DNA from: a virus
Taxonomy: Duplodnaviria > Caudoviricetes
Reading direction: 5' to 3' (one strand)
Virus record (IMG/VR): IMGVR_UViG_3300032030_000005
Location: 224,001 to 288,000 of that record
DNA: 64,000 nucleotides
Position numbers and translations under genes: made by a program. This document shows, piece by piece, positions 9,775 through 18,810 of this stretch. The stretch's first letter is position 1, and the number at the start of each line of letters is the position of its first letter. The notes under the pieces were generated by a model. That model was given only the letters and a program-made list of their open reading frames with translations, searched no databases and was not told the DNA's origin.

Positions 9775-10386
9775 TTAAGACTTGTTAACGGTACTATATA
9801 AATTAGTATCTCTCCACATATCATAATGTCCTTTAGCTTCTGTATCCCAATATTCACCACTACCATGAATATGACCATGTATATTAATATTGTATATAGA
9901 TTGACATACATAAGTTTTAGTAAATCTACGGTAATTCCAAAAATAATTACTATCAACAATAGGACGTTTTGATGTTAGATTTTTATCCCATATGGCTGGT
10001 AGATGAGTGAATACTATATTCTTATAAGTCAAATGATCTACTATATAGATGAATCCACATTCTTTATAATAGTTATCTGATAATATATCATGATTCCCTC
10101 TTACTAATATTTTTTTAATAGGTAAGCTTTTAAAAAAGATTTTAATCTTTTCATTTTGCTCTAGTGTACAGTCTACATGATCAATATCTCCTAAGACTAT
10201 TAGTATATCATCATTTCCTAATTTTTTACATTCATTAAAGAATTTATCCATTTTTACTTTAGTATTAAATGGTTTTTTATTTCTACATTCATTCTTATAG
10301 AAATGTAAATCGGTTGCCATATAAATTTGATTAGGTTTTTCCCCACTAACAAATGTTATGGCATTTTGTAAATCATTGTCTATCAT
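9775..10386 (-). CDS. calcineurin-like metallophosphoesterase
   Basis: TDLH, LGD, GNHD, TH, HGHIH motifs; paralogous to the N-terminal domain of the downstream gene. Confidence 0.85.
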   Translation of the reverse strand: MIDNDLQNAITFVSGEKPNQIYMATDLHFYKNECRNKKPFNTKVKMDKFFNECKKLGNDDILIVLGDIDHVDCTLEQNEKIKIFFKSLPIKKILVRGNHDILSDNYYKECGFIYIVDHLTYKNIVFTHLPAIWDKNLTSKRPIVDSNYFWNYRRFTKTYVCQSIYNINIHGHIHGSGEYWDTEAKGHYDMWRDTNLYSTVNKS

Positions 10387-10473
10387 TCTTATCACTTCCC
10401 TTATTATAAGATAAATATAATTAAAAGTTGTAAACCGTATTAAACGCATATTCTATTTATATATTATAATTGT

Positions 10474-10525
10474 GAATAAGTTAATAAGGTGGGATTAACT
10501 TATTCTAATTAATATTAACACCCAC
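10474..10525 (+). ncRNA. 5'-leader H-type pseudoknot E
   Basis: 12-bp S1 GAATAAGTTAAT/ATTAACTTATTC, 8-nt loop AAGGTGGG, S2 GTGGG/CCCAC. Confidence 0.6.
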
Positions 10526-10551
10526 AATGTTATCTTTAGGAGGATACACAT

Positions 10552-10878
10552 ATGACACAGACAACAAGAAAGATACTTACAAATGCATTTTCTTTACAGA
10601 TGTTAGCAGAACTGAATGCTGACGTTACTGTAAGAGAAATCACACCAGCAGAAGTGCCAGAAGACACAGAGTCAGCAATGGGTCATGCTGACATCGCAGC
10701 AGTCGCTGGAAGTGTCCTCGGACGTGAAATTCCAGTGGTTAGAAGTTCACAGAAGCTCACTGAAACAGATGAGCTTTATGTTGCACAGTTCATGGGAGGA
10801 CGCCTCCCAGAAGGTGCAACGACCCTTCCGGAAGGTTTCAGTATTAAGTGGTTAAAGATTACTGTCAAGTACAGATAA
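10552..10878 (+). CDS. acrIII-1: AcrIII-1 / DUF1874 (STIV B116/YddF-like) cyclic oligoadenylate ring nuclease
   Basis: NAFSLQML, SAMGHADIA (GH motif), RLPEG; about 108 aa. Confidence 0.85.
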   Translation: MTQTTRKILTNAFSLQMLAELNADVTVREITPAEVPEDTESAMGHADIAAVAGSVLGREIPVVRSSQKLTETDELYVAQFMGGRLPEGATTLPEGFSIKWLKITVKYR

Positions 10879-10903
10879 AATAACCACTTAATACTGATCT
10901 TTT

Positions 10904-10946
10904 AATTAAGCACATGGGACTCCCCTTACTGTGTGCTTAATTTTTT
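10904..10946 (+). terminator. intrinsic terminator
   Basis: AATTAAGCACA...TGTGCTTAATT plus T-run. Confidence 0.75.
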
Positions 10947-10992
10947 ACATTATTCGTGTTATTTTTTTTTTCATTATATATTAATAGAAACA

Positions 10993-11005
10993 AACAATGA
11001 GTTAT
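10993..11005 (+). promoter_or_regulatory. late phage promoter AACA-N5-TTAT (representative copy)
   Basis: AACA-N6-TA copies on + at 10993, 12249, 18765, 25641, 28702, 39572, 43245, 49259, 57003, 62733 and on - at 6560-6571, 15656-15667, 39553-39564; matches AR9 late consensus. Confidence 0.75.
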
Positions 11006-11033
11006 TAATTATATAAAGAAAGGATTGATATAT

Positions 11034-12225
11034 ATGAATCAAACTGAAGGATTTATTGTTTGTGAAGAGTTTACAGCTTCTACACCATCTATTTTAGCAG
11101 ATGATAATAAATCTATTGTGTTTGAAGCTACTTTACAAGAAGCTGATGCACCTAATAGAAATAAGCGTATATATGGTAAAGATGTATTATCTGAAGCTTT
11201 AAATAATCCTACTGTTAGAGAAAAGATAGCTCATAAAGCTTTCTATGGTGAGGCTGGACACCCTCTTTCTACAGATATAAAACGCCAAGCATATATAGAT
11301 CAACATAATATAAGTCATATTGTATGTTCTACAAAATGGGAAGGTAATATTCTTAAAGGCATTGTAGAAACAGCACAAACTAGTACTGGTTTTGACATGA
11401 GAGGTTTAATTAGACAAGGTTCACAAGTATCATTTTCATTAAGAGCTCTTGGTAATATTATTAAACCAGATGGTCAATATCAAAGAGTCTTTGGTCCTTT
11501 AATGATCATTTGTTACGATTGGGTCGGCTCTATCATAAGATAAATAATTTGTGGCTCAATTAAAACTCCTTTAATTGCTGGAACGTCCTATAAATGGGAT
11601 AATCAGCAGCCAAGACTTAAAAGAAGACTTCATTCGTAAGATGTCTTTTTTTTTTTAAGTAAGGTTCAACGACTATCGAAACCATAGGTTCTAAAAAGAA
11701 CTGAAGAAGGGAGTAGAGTACCGCCTAAGCGATTGAGGTTCTGGTGTAGAGTAATAATCTAGTAATTCCAGATTAAAGGGAAATGGGGAGCAGCATGTAT
11801 TAGCCATATACATCTGAAGATATAGTCTTATCTATACAGTAATGTATAGCTGTTTAATATAAACGTATATAGTGTAGCGAACTATATAGAAAAGGAATAA
11901 ATGCACAATTCCATCTCATGATAAAGCATATATGGGAAAAATTATTTCTGAAGACTTTAATAGATTAGAACAAAATGGAATTATTACAGAAGGTCTTATT
12001 AACTTTAAAATGGCTGATTTAGCTGAATATGTAATGCAACAGGATAATAAGCTTAGCTGTATTTGTGAATCATTAGGATTTAATATAGATAGTGATTTCT
12101 CTAATGTAGATGTAGATAGACGTAATAAGTTATTATCTATTAAAGAAGGTAATGAAACACTTAAATTATTCTTAAAGAATTCAGTAGTAAATAATATGGA
12201 TAATTATTTCAAGTATAAGTTTTAA
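11034..12225 (+). CDS. prohead core protease (T4 gp21-like); exons 11034-11524 and 11904-12225, 270 aa spliced
   Basis: NRNKRIY, GEAGHP (His), SFSLRALG (Ser); splicing restores YDWV|TIPSH (D-x-V-x-x-P-S) in frame with the 11932 ORF. Confidence 0.9.
11525..11903 (+). ncRNA. group I self-splicing intron, no ORF
   Basis: P4 TGCTG(11576)/CAGCA(11604); P7 GACTA(11671)/TAGTC(11823); P1 exon ATTGGGT with IGS GCTCAAT giving U.G at the 5' splice site; P10 TTGTG/CACAA; terminal G at 11903. Confidence 0.95.
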
Positions 12226-12350
12226 TTGAATATATAGCATAAGTTGATAACAAAAATTTATAATTACTTATTTTAAATTATATTTGTTAATTTAAAATAA
12301 ATTAATATTAATTTATTCTATATAAATATTAAAGAAAGTAGGTATTAATT

Positions 12351-13364
12351 ATGAATTACAGAGATCTTATTTTAGAATCTTATCTCGAAGATAATGATTA
12401 TGAAGCATATGATGAAGAATACGATGATGCATATGATGAATATGATGAAGATGAAGAATATGAAGCATATGACGAAGAGTATGATGATGATGAAGCACTT
12501 GAAGCATACCTTGAAGGTTACTACTATGCATTAGAATCATTAGATGATCGTAGAGCTGACGGTTCTGTAAAGTACTATTCGTATAATAAGAAGGGTAAGC
12601 AAGGTGCTGAAGTTACAAGAAACGTAGATGCTGATGGTAGAGTTTACTATACTAATGCAAAGGGTAAGAGACTTAAGGATGGCGTTTCTGTAAAGGCTGC
12701 TATTAATAAGGGTAAGGGCGAATTCGGCGTTGGTACAGTTACAAGAAGCAAAGCTGCAATTCAGAAGGATATTAAGGATACAGGCAATCGTGTTGCTAGC
12801 GGTGCTTCAAAGAATACTGGTATTGCTAATGCTTCTAGATCACAAGGTAATATTTCTAAGACTGCTGAAACTGCAAGAAATGCTGAGTTTGCTGCTAAGA
12901 ACAGAGAAGATAATCTTAAGAGACAGCACAGAGCTGAAAAGAAAGAACTTCAGAATAGACTTGCTAGAGCTAATCAGGAAATTACTAACTCAAGAGAATA
13001 TGGTTTCAAGTCTGGTGAACGTTCAGGCTATGAAAAGGGTAATACTGCTGGTACTAAGAAGGGCCGTGCTCAGGGTGCAGCTGTTGCCGGTGGTGCAGCT
13101 TTAGCTGTTGCTGGTGGTGTAGCTGCTGCAAAGGCTATTAAGCTTGATAAGGAATATAAGGCTTATACAGCTGCTGGTGGTAAGCTTTCTAAGAAGGAAT
13201 GGTTATCAAAGGGTAAGCCATCACCATCTGTTGTTGAAAAAGCTGTAGCTAAGATCAAGCATGAAGCATATAATGAAATCGCTGATATGGTTTATGAAGA
13301 TGCTTTAAATGAAGGTTATGAACTTGCTATTGCTGAACTTTGTGCTGAAGAAGATTATGAATAA
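12351..13364 (+). CDS. putative internal head/ejected protein with acidic propeptides and glycine-zipper segment
   Basis: MNYRDLILE, acidic N- and C-termini with repeated xLE/xNE, basic core, GAAVAGGAALAVAGGVAAA; late promoter. Confidence 0.65.
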   Translation: MNYRDLILESYLEDNDYEAYDEEYDDAYDEYDEDEEYEAYDEEYDDDEALEAYLEGYYYALESLDDRRADGSVKYYSYNKKGKQGAEVTRNVDADGRVYYTNAKGKRLKDGVSVKAAINKGKGEFGVGTVTRSKAAIQKDIKDTGNRVASGASKNTGIANASRSQGNISKTAETARNAEFAAKNREDNLKRQHRAEKKELQNRLARANQEITNSREYGFKSGERSGYEKGNTAGTKKGRAQGAAVAGGAALAVAGGVAAAKAIKLDKEYKAYTAAGGKLSKKEWLSKGKPSPSVVEKAVAKIKHEAYNEIADMVYEDALNEGYELAIAELCAEEDYE

Positions 13365-13389
13365 TAAATAAAAAAAAAATATATAAAAT

Positions 13390-13428
13390 TTACTCTAAGG
13401 TTTAAATAAACCTTAGAGTAAATTTTTT
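13390..13428 (+). terminator. hairpin terminator
   Basis: TTACTCTAAGGTTTA/TAAACCTTAGAGTAA. Confidence 0.75.
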
Positions 13429-13446
13429 AACGAAAGAAGTGTTAGT

Positions 13447-14406
13447 ATGACTTATAATGAATATTTGAATGAAAGTAATGAATCAGATAAAGAAAAATTA
13501 AAAAGATTAAAAGTTGAATATAGAGCATATTGTAAACAATGTAAAGCAGAAAAAAAGAAGCCAAAATCATTTAAAGAATTCTTATATGATAAACATGAAA
13601 CTATTAAAAAGGTTAATACCGGAGCTGCTACTGCTGGTATAGTTGGTGGTGCTGCTGCCGCTAAAGCTGGTCATGAAGCATATAAGGGATTTAAGCGTGT
13701 ATATCATGCAACACAGAATAGAAAAGATAATCCAAATGTATTAAAGTCTATCGATAAAGAAGGTTTAACCAGAAGACATGGTGGCGAAGCCGGATCTAAA
13801 GCTGATACAGAATCCGCTTTAGCAGGTAAGCATAAATTATTTAGTACTCTTGGTGATGCTCAAGAAAATAATAAAGGGCAAGTGCAATATGCTAAATTAA
13901 GTCATGTTGTTGGATATGTTGCTTTACCAAAATATACTAAGGGTTCTAAATTAAAAGATAGAAAAATTTATAAAATAGATTTACCATATGATGATTATAA
14001 AAAATCTAAAACAGATACAAATATATCTAAAGCTATACATAAGCTTGGACATGTTCCTAAAAAAGCAGCTGATAAAATAACAGATATAACTACTGGTGCT
14101 AAAATGATGGGTCATAAAGATATAGATCCTAGATTATTAGCTAATAATAAAGCATATTCAAAGAAAGAGAAAAAGGCTTTTAAGAAAGAAATATATAAAG
14201 ATTATGTAAAGAATCATAAAAATAGACATATAAGTGGGGGCGTAGTAGCAGCAGCCGGAGGTGCAGCAGCTGCAACAGGTGCTGGATTAGCTGTAAAAAC
14301 GTTAAAAGATGTTTCTACTAGAAAAAAAGCATATAAGAAATATAAAGAACAAGGCGGAAAATTAAGTTACAAAGAATTTTGTATTAAAGCATATAAAAAT
14401 TATTAA
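13447..14406 (+). CDS. putative internal head protein with ART/Tpt1-like domain between two glycine-rich hydrophobic segments
   Basis: MTYNEYLNE; RVYHAT...LKSIDKEGL. Confidence 0.55.
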   Translation: MTYNEYLNESNESDKEKLKRLKVEYRAYCKQCKAEKKKPKSFKEFLYDKHETIKKVNTGAATAGIVGGAAAAKAGHEAYKGFKRVYHATQNRKDNPNVLKSIDKEGLTRRHGGEAGSKADTESALAGKHKLFSTLGDAQENNKGQVQYAKLSHVVGYVALPKYTKGSKLKDRKIYKIDLPYDDYKKSKTDTNISKAIHKLGHVPKKAADKITDITTGAKMMGHKDIDPRLLANNKAYSKKEKKAFKKEIYKDYVKNHKNRHISGGVVAAAGGAAAATGAGLAVKTLKDVSTRKKAYKKYKEQGGKLSYKEFCIKAYKNY

Positions 14407-14421
14407 AAAAGGTGAATTGAT

Positions 14422-14979
14422 ATGAATTATGAAGAATTATTCTTAGAGGGTTATTACGATGCATTAGAAGAATTAAATGATATCTTTTTAGAAGGATCTA
14501 CAACTGCAAAATATTTAAATCATCATAGTTTAGGTGGTACATTTTTTGGACCTCCATTATTTAGATGGTTTAATTCAGAACTTAAAAAAGGTGATAGCTT
14601 TATGGGTGTCCATAAGTTATATCCTAAATATTTAAAATATTGTGCTAAAAGAGGATATTCTGCTTTATCTAAAGAAGAATTTATCGAAGAAGGTAAAAAA
14701 TATTATACTTTAAAAGCTAAAGTAGATGTTAATCAACTTGGTGGTAGTGTTCTTGGTGGTGCATTATCTGGTTATGGTACAACAATGGCAGATGCTGCAG
14801 CTATGGATACTGCTATTACTGGTGGTGCTATTAGTACATCTGCACTGTCTGCAGGTACTGCATTTGGTATTGCTGGTGGTCTTATGGCAGCTGGAAGTAA
14901 TATAGCATCTGAAGTATATAGAAGAAAACCAGAATTTGTAGATAAAGCAAAAATGAGACATGACCTTAAAGGTATTTAA
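14422..14979 (+). CDS. putative internal head protein, glycine-zipper
   Basis: MNYEELFLEGYYDALEE; GGSVLGGALSG and AGTAFGIAGGLMAAG. Confidence 0.6.
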   Translation: MNYEELFLEGYYDALEELNDIFLEGSTTAKYLNHHSLGGTFFGPPLFRWFNSELKKGDSFMGVHKLYPKYLKYCAKRGYSALSKEEFIEEGKKYYTLKAKVDVNQLGGSVLGGALSGYGTTMADAAAMDTAITGGAISTSALSAGTAFGIAGGLMAAGSNIASEVYRRKPEFVDKAKMRHDLKGI

Positions 14980-14986
14980 AAATTAA

Positions 14987-15014
14987 TCCCTAAAGACTAT
15001 ATAGTCTTTAGGGA
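14987..15014. repeat. perfect 28-bp palindrome / bidirectional terminator
   Basis: TCCCTAAAGACTATATAGTCTTTAGGGA; identical copy at 61232-61259. Confidence 0.9.
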
Positions 15015-15032
15015 ATTTTATTTTTTTTTTAA

Positions 15033-15626
15033 TTAAAATTTTGGTTTGCCTATTGATTTCCACTGATTAAATGAAATATTTTTACGTTTCTCAGGTTTCA
15101 TACTTTGCCAATGTTTATAGTTACTATAATCAGATGCAGATTTAATAACTGCTGCACCTATTATAGCACCACCAATAGCTTTTTTATGTTTACCTACAAA
15201 TTCACCAGTTGATTTAGCAGTTTCTTTAGCAGTTTTTATCTTTTTATCAATTTCTCTTTTTCTACGTTCTGCAAGCTTATCATCTCTTTGTAATTGTCTG
15301 TTCATTTTGATATCTTTTACATCTTCTGTATTATTAACATCATCTATACGTTTTTCTCTATTATAACTATCTTTATTACGTGTTTTTTCAGATTTATACT
15401 TATCTCTTTTACGATTATTTTCTAAGTGCATATCAAGTTTTTCAGAACGATATTTATCTTTCTTACGTTCATTATTTAAACGATGATCAAGCAATCCTTC
15501 ACATATATTTAAAAATTCTTCATACTGTATATCTACATCCGGTCTAGTTCTAAGCATTTCTAAATATACTCGATATGATAATTCTGAATTGTTATTACAT
15601 TCTAATAAAATATCTATATTATTCAT
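15033..15626 (-). CDS. putative internal head protein, basic, with C-terminal glycine-rich helix
   Basis: MNNIDILLE; internal repeat LD.HL.N.RK.DKY.SEK; AIGGAIIGAAVI; late promoter. Confidence 0.6.
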   Translation of the reverse strand: MNNIDILLECNNNSELSYRVYLEMLRTRPDVDIQYEEFLNICEGLLDHRLNNERKKDKYRSEKLDMHLENNRKRDKYKSEKTRNKDSYNREKRIDDVNNTEDVKDIKMNRQLQRDDKLAERRKREIDKKIKTAKETAKSTGEFVGKHKKAIGGAIIGAAVIKSASDYSNYKHWQSMKPEKRKNISFNQWKSIGKPKF

Positions 15627-15743
15627 TATATGTCACCTCTTGTATATTAATAATATAAAAAGATGTTGATCTAATAATTTATAATTCTAAAAACCGTATC
15701 TAATATATATTCTGAATATATTATAATTGTGAATAAAGAAACA

Positions 15744-15778
15744 TTAAGACCTGATCAAGTCTTAAACAAAAACTGATC
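15744..15778 (+). ncRNA. 5'-leader H-type pseudoknot C
   Basis: S1 TTAAGAC/GTCTTAA, loop CTGATCAA, S2 GATCA/TGATC. Confidence 0.65.
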
Positions 15779-15797
15779 TATTCTAAGGAGGAATAGT

Positions 15798-15830
15798 ATG
15801 GAAAATATTAATATTTCAAAGAAAAAGTAA
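15798..15830 (+). CDS. 10-codon minigene MENINISKKK
   Basis: Early promoter 15717, RBS AAGGAGG, terminator 15824-15862. Confidence 0.45.
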   Translation: MENINISKKK

Positions 15831-15923
15831 TACATACTAATTATAGTATGTATTACTTTTTTACTAAATTTTTTTAAAATATATATTATTTTTTTAGTAA
15901 TTTTTAACCATGGAGGACTTATT

Positions 15924-16118
15924 ATGAATTTTAATTTTGAGGTAAAAAAGATTGACAGAACTGATAAGGATGTTGCAATAAAGAATCATCCGGGTGAATA
16001 TTATTATATAGTATCCACTAAAACAGTATACTACAGTAGAGCTAAAGCATCTGCTAATAAAAATGGGCCATTAGATAAAATGGTAACAGTACAGTTTCCA
16101 AAGGAGGTAATATTATGA
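15924..16118 (+). CDS. hypothetical protein
   Basis: Early promoter 15882, RBS GGAGG. Confidence 0.7.
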   Translation: MNFNFEVKKIDRTDKDVAIKNHPGEYYYIVSTKTVYYSRAKASANKNGPLDKMVTVQFPKEVIL

Positions 16119-16744
16119 AAGAAATATATACTATTTTATTTAAAGAATATATATTTATCTCAGATAGTTCTAGACATCCAGCATTTGATATGAGTAAAAA
16201 TATAGCTAATTACTCGTTTGATGATTATCAAATATTTAAAAATTTTGAATTTAAAAATGTGTTTGACTTTCAAACATATACTACGTCTTTAACACAAGAC
16301 GATAAGTTTATTAAAAAGGTTATTAATAATTTTGAATTAGATAGAGAAAAACGCATATTGACTTCCTTAAATAAAGTTTATGCTAATGAGTATGGTTTTG
16401 TTAAAACTGATTCTGAAGAATTATTAAAATCAAGAAAAGAATATTTAAAAGAAAAATTATCGAATTATTCAATTCATTTATTAAATGAAAAAAATAAAAA
16501 TTTTTTAAAAGTTAGCGATGTTATAGCTCCATACTGTATAGACGAAATGTATGAGGATAAAGCTCGTCCGTATGTAATAGTATATAGTGATATTATTAAT
16601 ATTAAAAATCCAGTAGATGAGTCAATGGCAAACATTAATGTAGATATAAAAATAAACGCTGCATTTAGTAAGACTCCTTTAATACAAAACTATGTCGATT
16701 TAACAACATATAAACTATGTAAAACTTTAGAAGGAGAAAAATAA
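16115..16744 (+). CDS. paralogous family protein 1
   Basis: MKEIYTILFKE...YKLCKTLE. Confidence 0.75.
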   Translation: MKEIYTILFKEYIFISDSSRHPAFDMSKNIANYSFDDYQIFKNFEFKNVFDFQTYTTSLTQDDKFIKKVINNFELDREKRILTSLNKVYANEYGFVKTDSEELLKSRKEYLKEKLSNYSIHLLNEKNKNFLKVSDVIAPYCIDEMYEDKARPYVIVYSDIINIKNPVDESMANINVDIKINAAFSKTPLIQNYVDLTTYKLCKTLEGEK

Positions 16745-17340
16745 TGAAAGAGATTTATACAGTAGTTTATAGCGAAATAATAGAGATTTATAATGAATCT
16801 GGAGGAACTAGTTTTAATGAAGAGTCATTAACATATATAAATACGGTTTTTTCTTTATCATTTGATAATATGGAAGTTTTAAAAAATTTTGATTTAAATT
16901 ATGTATTGAATTTTAATTTATATAAACCAACCATATTAAAAGATCCAGACAAAATTCGTAGCGGTATAACAAATGAATTTGAAATTGATTATGATGAAGG
17001 ATATAACGAAATTTGTAATATAATCAAAGAAGATCTTTGTAATCATTTTGGTCCTATTATTGCTACGGATTTTAAAACAGAAAAAGAAACAAATCCAAAG
17101 TTTGTTTCAGATATGTTAAAGTTCGTAACGATAAGAGATGCTTCAGAACTCAGTAAAGCATATAAAGATGAAAAGATCACTATTCTTAGGAAATCGTATG
17201 AATTACACAGAGATTATTTATATGATGAGATGATTTATATAGATATTGAGTTAAGATGTTGTATTGTATCATCTCCTATATTTACAGGAGATGACAATGA
17301 ATTCGTAGAATATGAACTAATAAAAAACTTGGAGGTATAA
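16744..17340 (+). CDS. paralogous family protein 2
   Basis: MKEIYTVVYSE...YELIKNLE. Confidence 0.75.
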   Translation: MKEIYTVVYSEIIEIYNESGGTSFNEESLTYINTVFSLSFDNMEVLKNFDLNYVLNFNLYKPTILKDPDKIRSGITNEFEIDYDEGYNEICNIIKEDLCNHFGPIIATDFKTEKETNPKFVSDMLKFVTIRDASELSKAYKDEKITILRKSYELHRDYLYDEMIYIDIELRCCIVSSPIFTGDDNEFVEYELIKNLEV

Positions 17341-17342
17341 TA

Positions 17343-17891
17343 ATGAAAGAAGCATTCTTAATAACATTATCGGAAAATTTAGAATTTAGAATGGCTGAAT
17401 ATACTTTTCCATTTATAGTTAAGTATGAAAATGTAGAAAATTTTGTTGTCAATGATTTTGACAATATTAAAAAATTCACATTAAACTCTATTATAAATAC
17501 GTATATGCCAACAATTCAAAAAGAAGAAAATACTGAATATTTAGCAATAAAACTTCTTTATGAATTTGATAAGTTGGATACATGGGGAGTATTTGAAAAA
17601 GATTTAAAAGAAGCTATTCACTCATTACCTATTAAAAAAGATATGCAAGACTATACATGGGGAACAGAGTATGTCACAAGATATCTTAAAAATGATATAC
17701 CATATAAATTTCAGAAAACTAATGATCATGAAATATTCTGTAAAAAATATATTCTTACTAAGAGAGATATAGCTTTAATGTTTACTATAAAGTATAAAAT
17801 AAACAAAATTCCTGTGCTAGGTAATAAAGAAGAAACTGAAGCAGCTCTTGCAGAATATGATCTTCTTAGAAATCTAGGTGTTGAAAATTAA
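17343..17891 (+). CDS. paralogous family protein 3
   Basis: MKEAFLITLSE...YDLLRNLG. Confidence 0.75.
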   Translation: MKEAFLITLSENLEFRMAEYTFPFIVKYENVENFVVNDFDNIKKFTLNSIINTYMPTIQKEENTEYLAIKLLYEFDKLDTWGVFEKDLKEAIHSLPIKKDMQDYTWGTEYVTRYLKNDIPYKFQKTNDHEIFCKKYILTKRDIALMFTIKYKINKIPVLGNKEETEAALAEYDLLRNLGVEN

Positions 17892-17903
17892 GGAGGAAAA
17901 CTG

Positions 17904-18440
17904 ATGGATACCATATATACTGTTATGATAAAGGAAAAGTTAGAAGACTATTGTGAAAATATTCCAATGTATGGTAACTTTTATAAAAATGAATGGATGC
18001 ATGATATGTTATCTTTTAGTAATAAAAAACAGTTATTAAAATATCTGAATGAAATTAAAAATACAAAAGTAGAGAGTAAACTTCTTAATGAAGAGTATAA
18101 ATCTTTTATTAGACAGTTAGTTGGCGTTGTAGCTGTTCGTAATGGTATTTTTAAGAGTTCTGATGAAATATGGAGAGATCTTCAATATCATCATAAAACG
18201 CTTATTTATAATGCAAGAGATATACATGAATCAGAAATAGATAGGGTAAATGGTGTATTCTGTATAGTGTGTGAAGATTTAAGAGGTTCTTATAAATTGA
18301 ACTATCCAACTCCAAATTCAGATGATCATATTAGAGTAGTAAGTCATTTATTAACAATATGCATCTATAAAAACGATTTAGTACATAATGATACTGAGAG
18401 AGTTGAACATCAGTTAGTTAAGAATCTGGAGGAAAACTAA
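17904..18440 (+). CDS. paralogous family protein 4
   Basis: MDTIYTVMIKE...HQLVKNLE. Confidence 0.75.
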   Translation: MDTIYTVMIKEKLEDYCENIPMYGNFYKNEWMHDMLSFSNKKQLLKYLNEIKNTKVESKLLNEEYKSFIRQLVGVVAVRNGIFKSSDEIWRDLQYHHKTLIYNARDIHESEIDRVNGVFCIVCEDLRGSYKLNYPTPNSDDHIRVVSHLLTICIYKNDLVHNDTERVEHQLVKNLEEN

Positions 18441-18718
18441 TGAAAAAGAAATTACCATATCCAATAAAATGTAAACAGTGTAAGTATATTACTGTCGAAA
18501 AATTTAATGGTGAAAAAGAATTTTACTGTGAAAAGTATAATGAATTTTGTGCTTGTATAAAAAAGTGCAAAAAATTTAAAACAAAATATCCATTAATAAC
18601 AAGTCTTCAAGATGTATCTGTACTTATTAATCTTGGATTTGGTTTTGTTTTGTTAATATTATTAATACTTCATATGATTGGTGTTATTGATATTAACGAA
18701 TTATTTAATAATAAATAA
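18440..18718 (+). CDS. Cys-rich small membrane protein
   Basis: CKQC..C..C.C..C followed by one hydrophobic helix. Confidence 0.7.
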   Translation: MKKKLPYPIKCKQCKYITVEKFNGEKEFYCEKYNEFCACIKKCKKFKTKYPLITSLQDVSVLINLGFGFVLLILLILHMIGVIDINELFNNK

Positions 18719-18810
18719 AAATTAAAAGTAAAGGATATTATCCTTTACTTTTTTTTATAAATTCAACAACTATTTATACTTTTTTAATAAATAATAAAGA
18801 GGTGAATACA

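Noticed and set aside
11932-12225. Independent 97-aa gene
   Set aside because: It is exon 2 of the protease, in frame after splicing.
14987-15014. Protelomerase (telomere resolution) site
   Set aside because: There are many dispersed copies at gene ends and no protelomerase in the window; a terminator/repeat role is more parsimonious.
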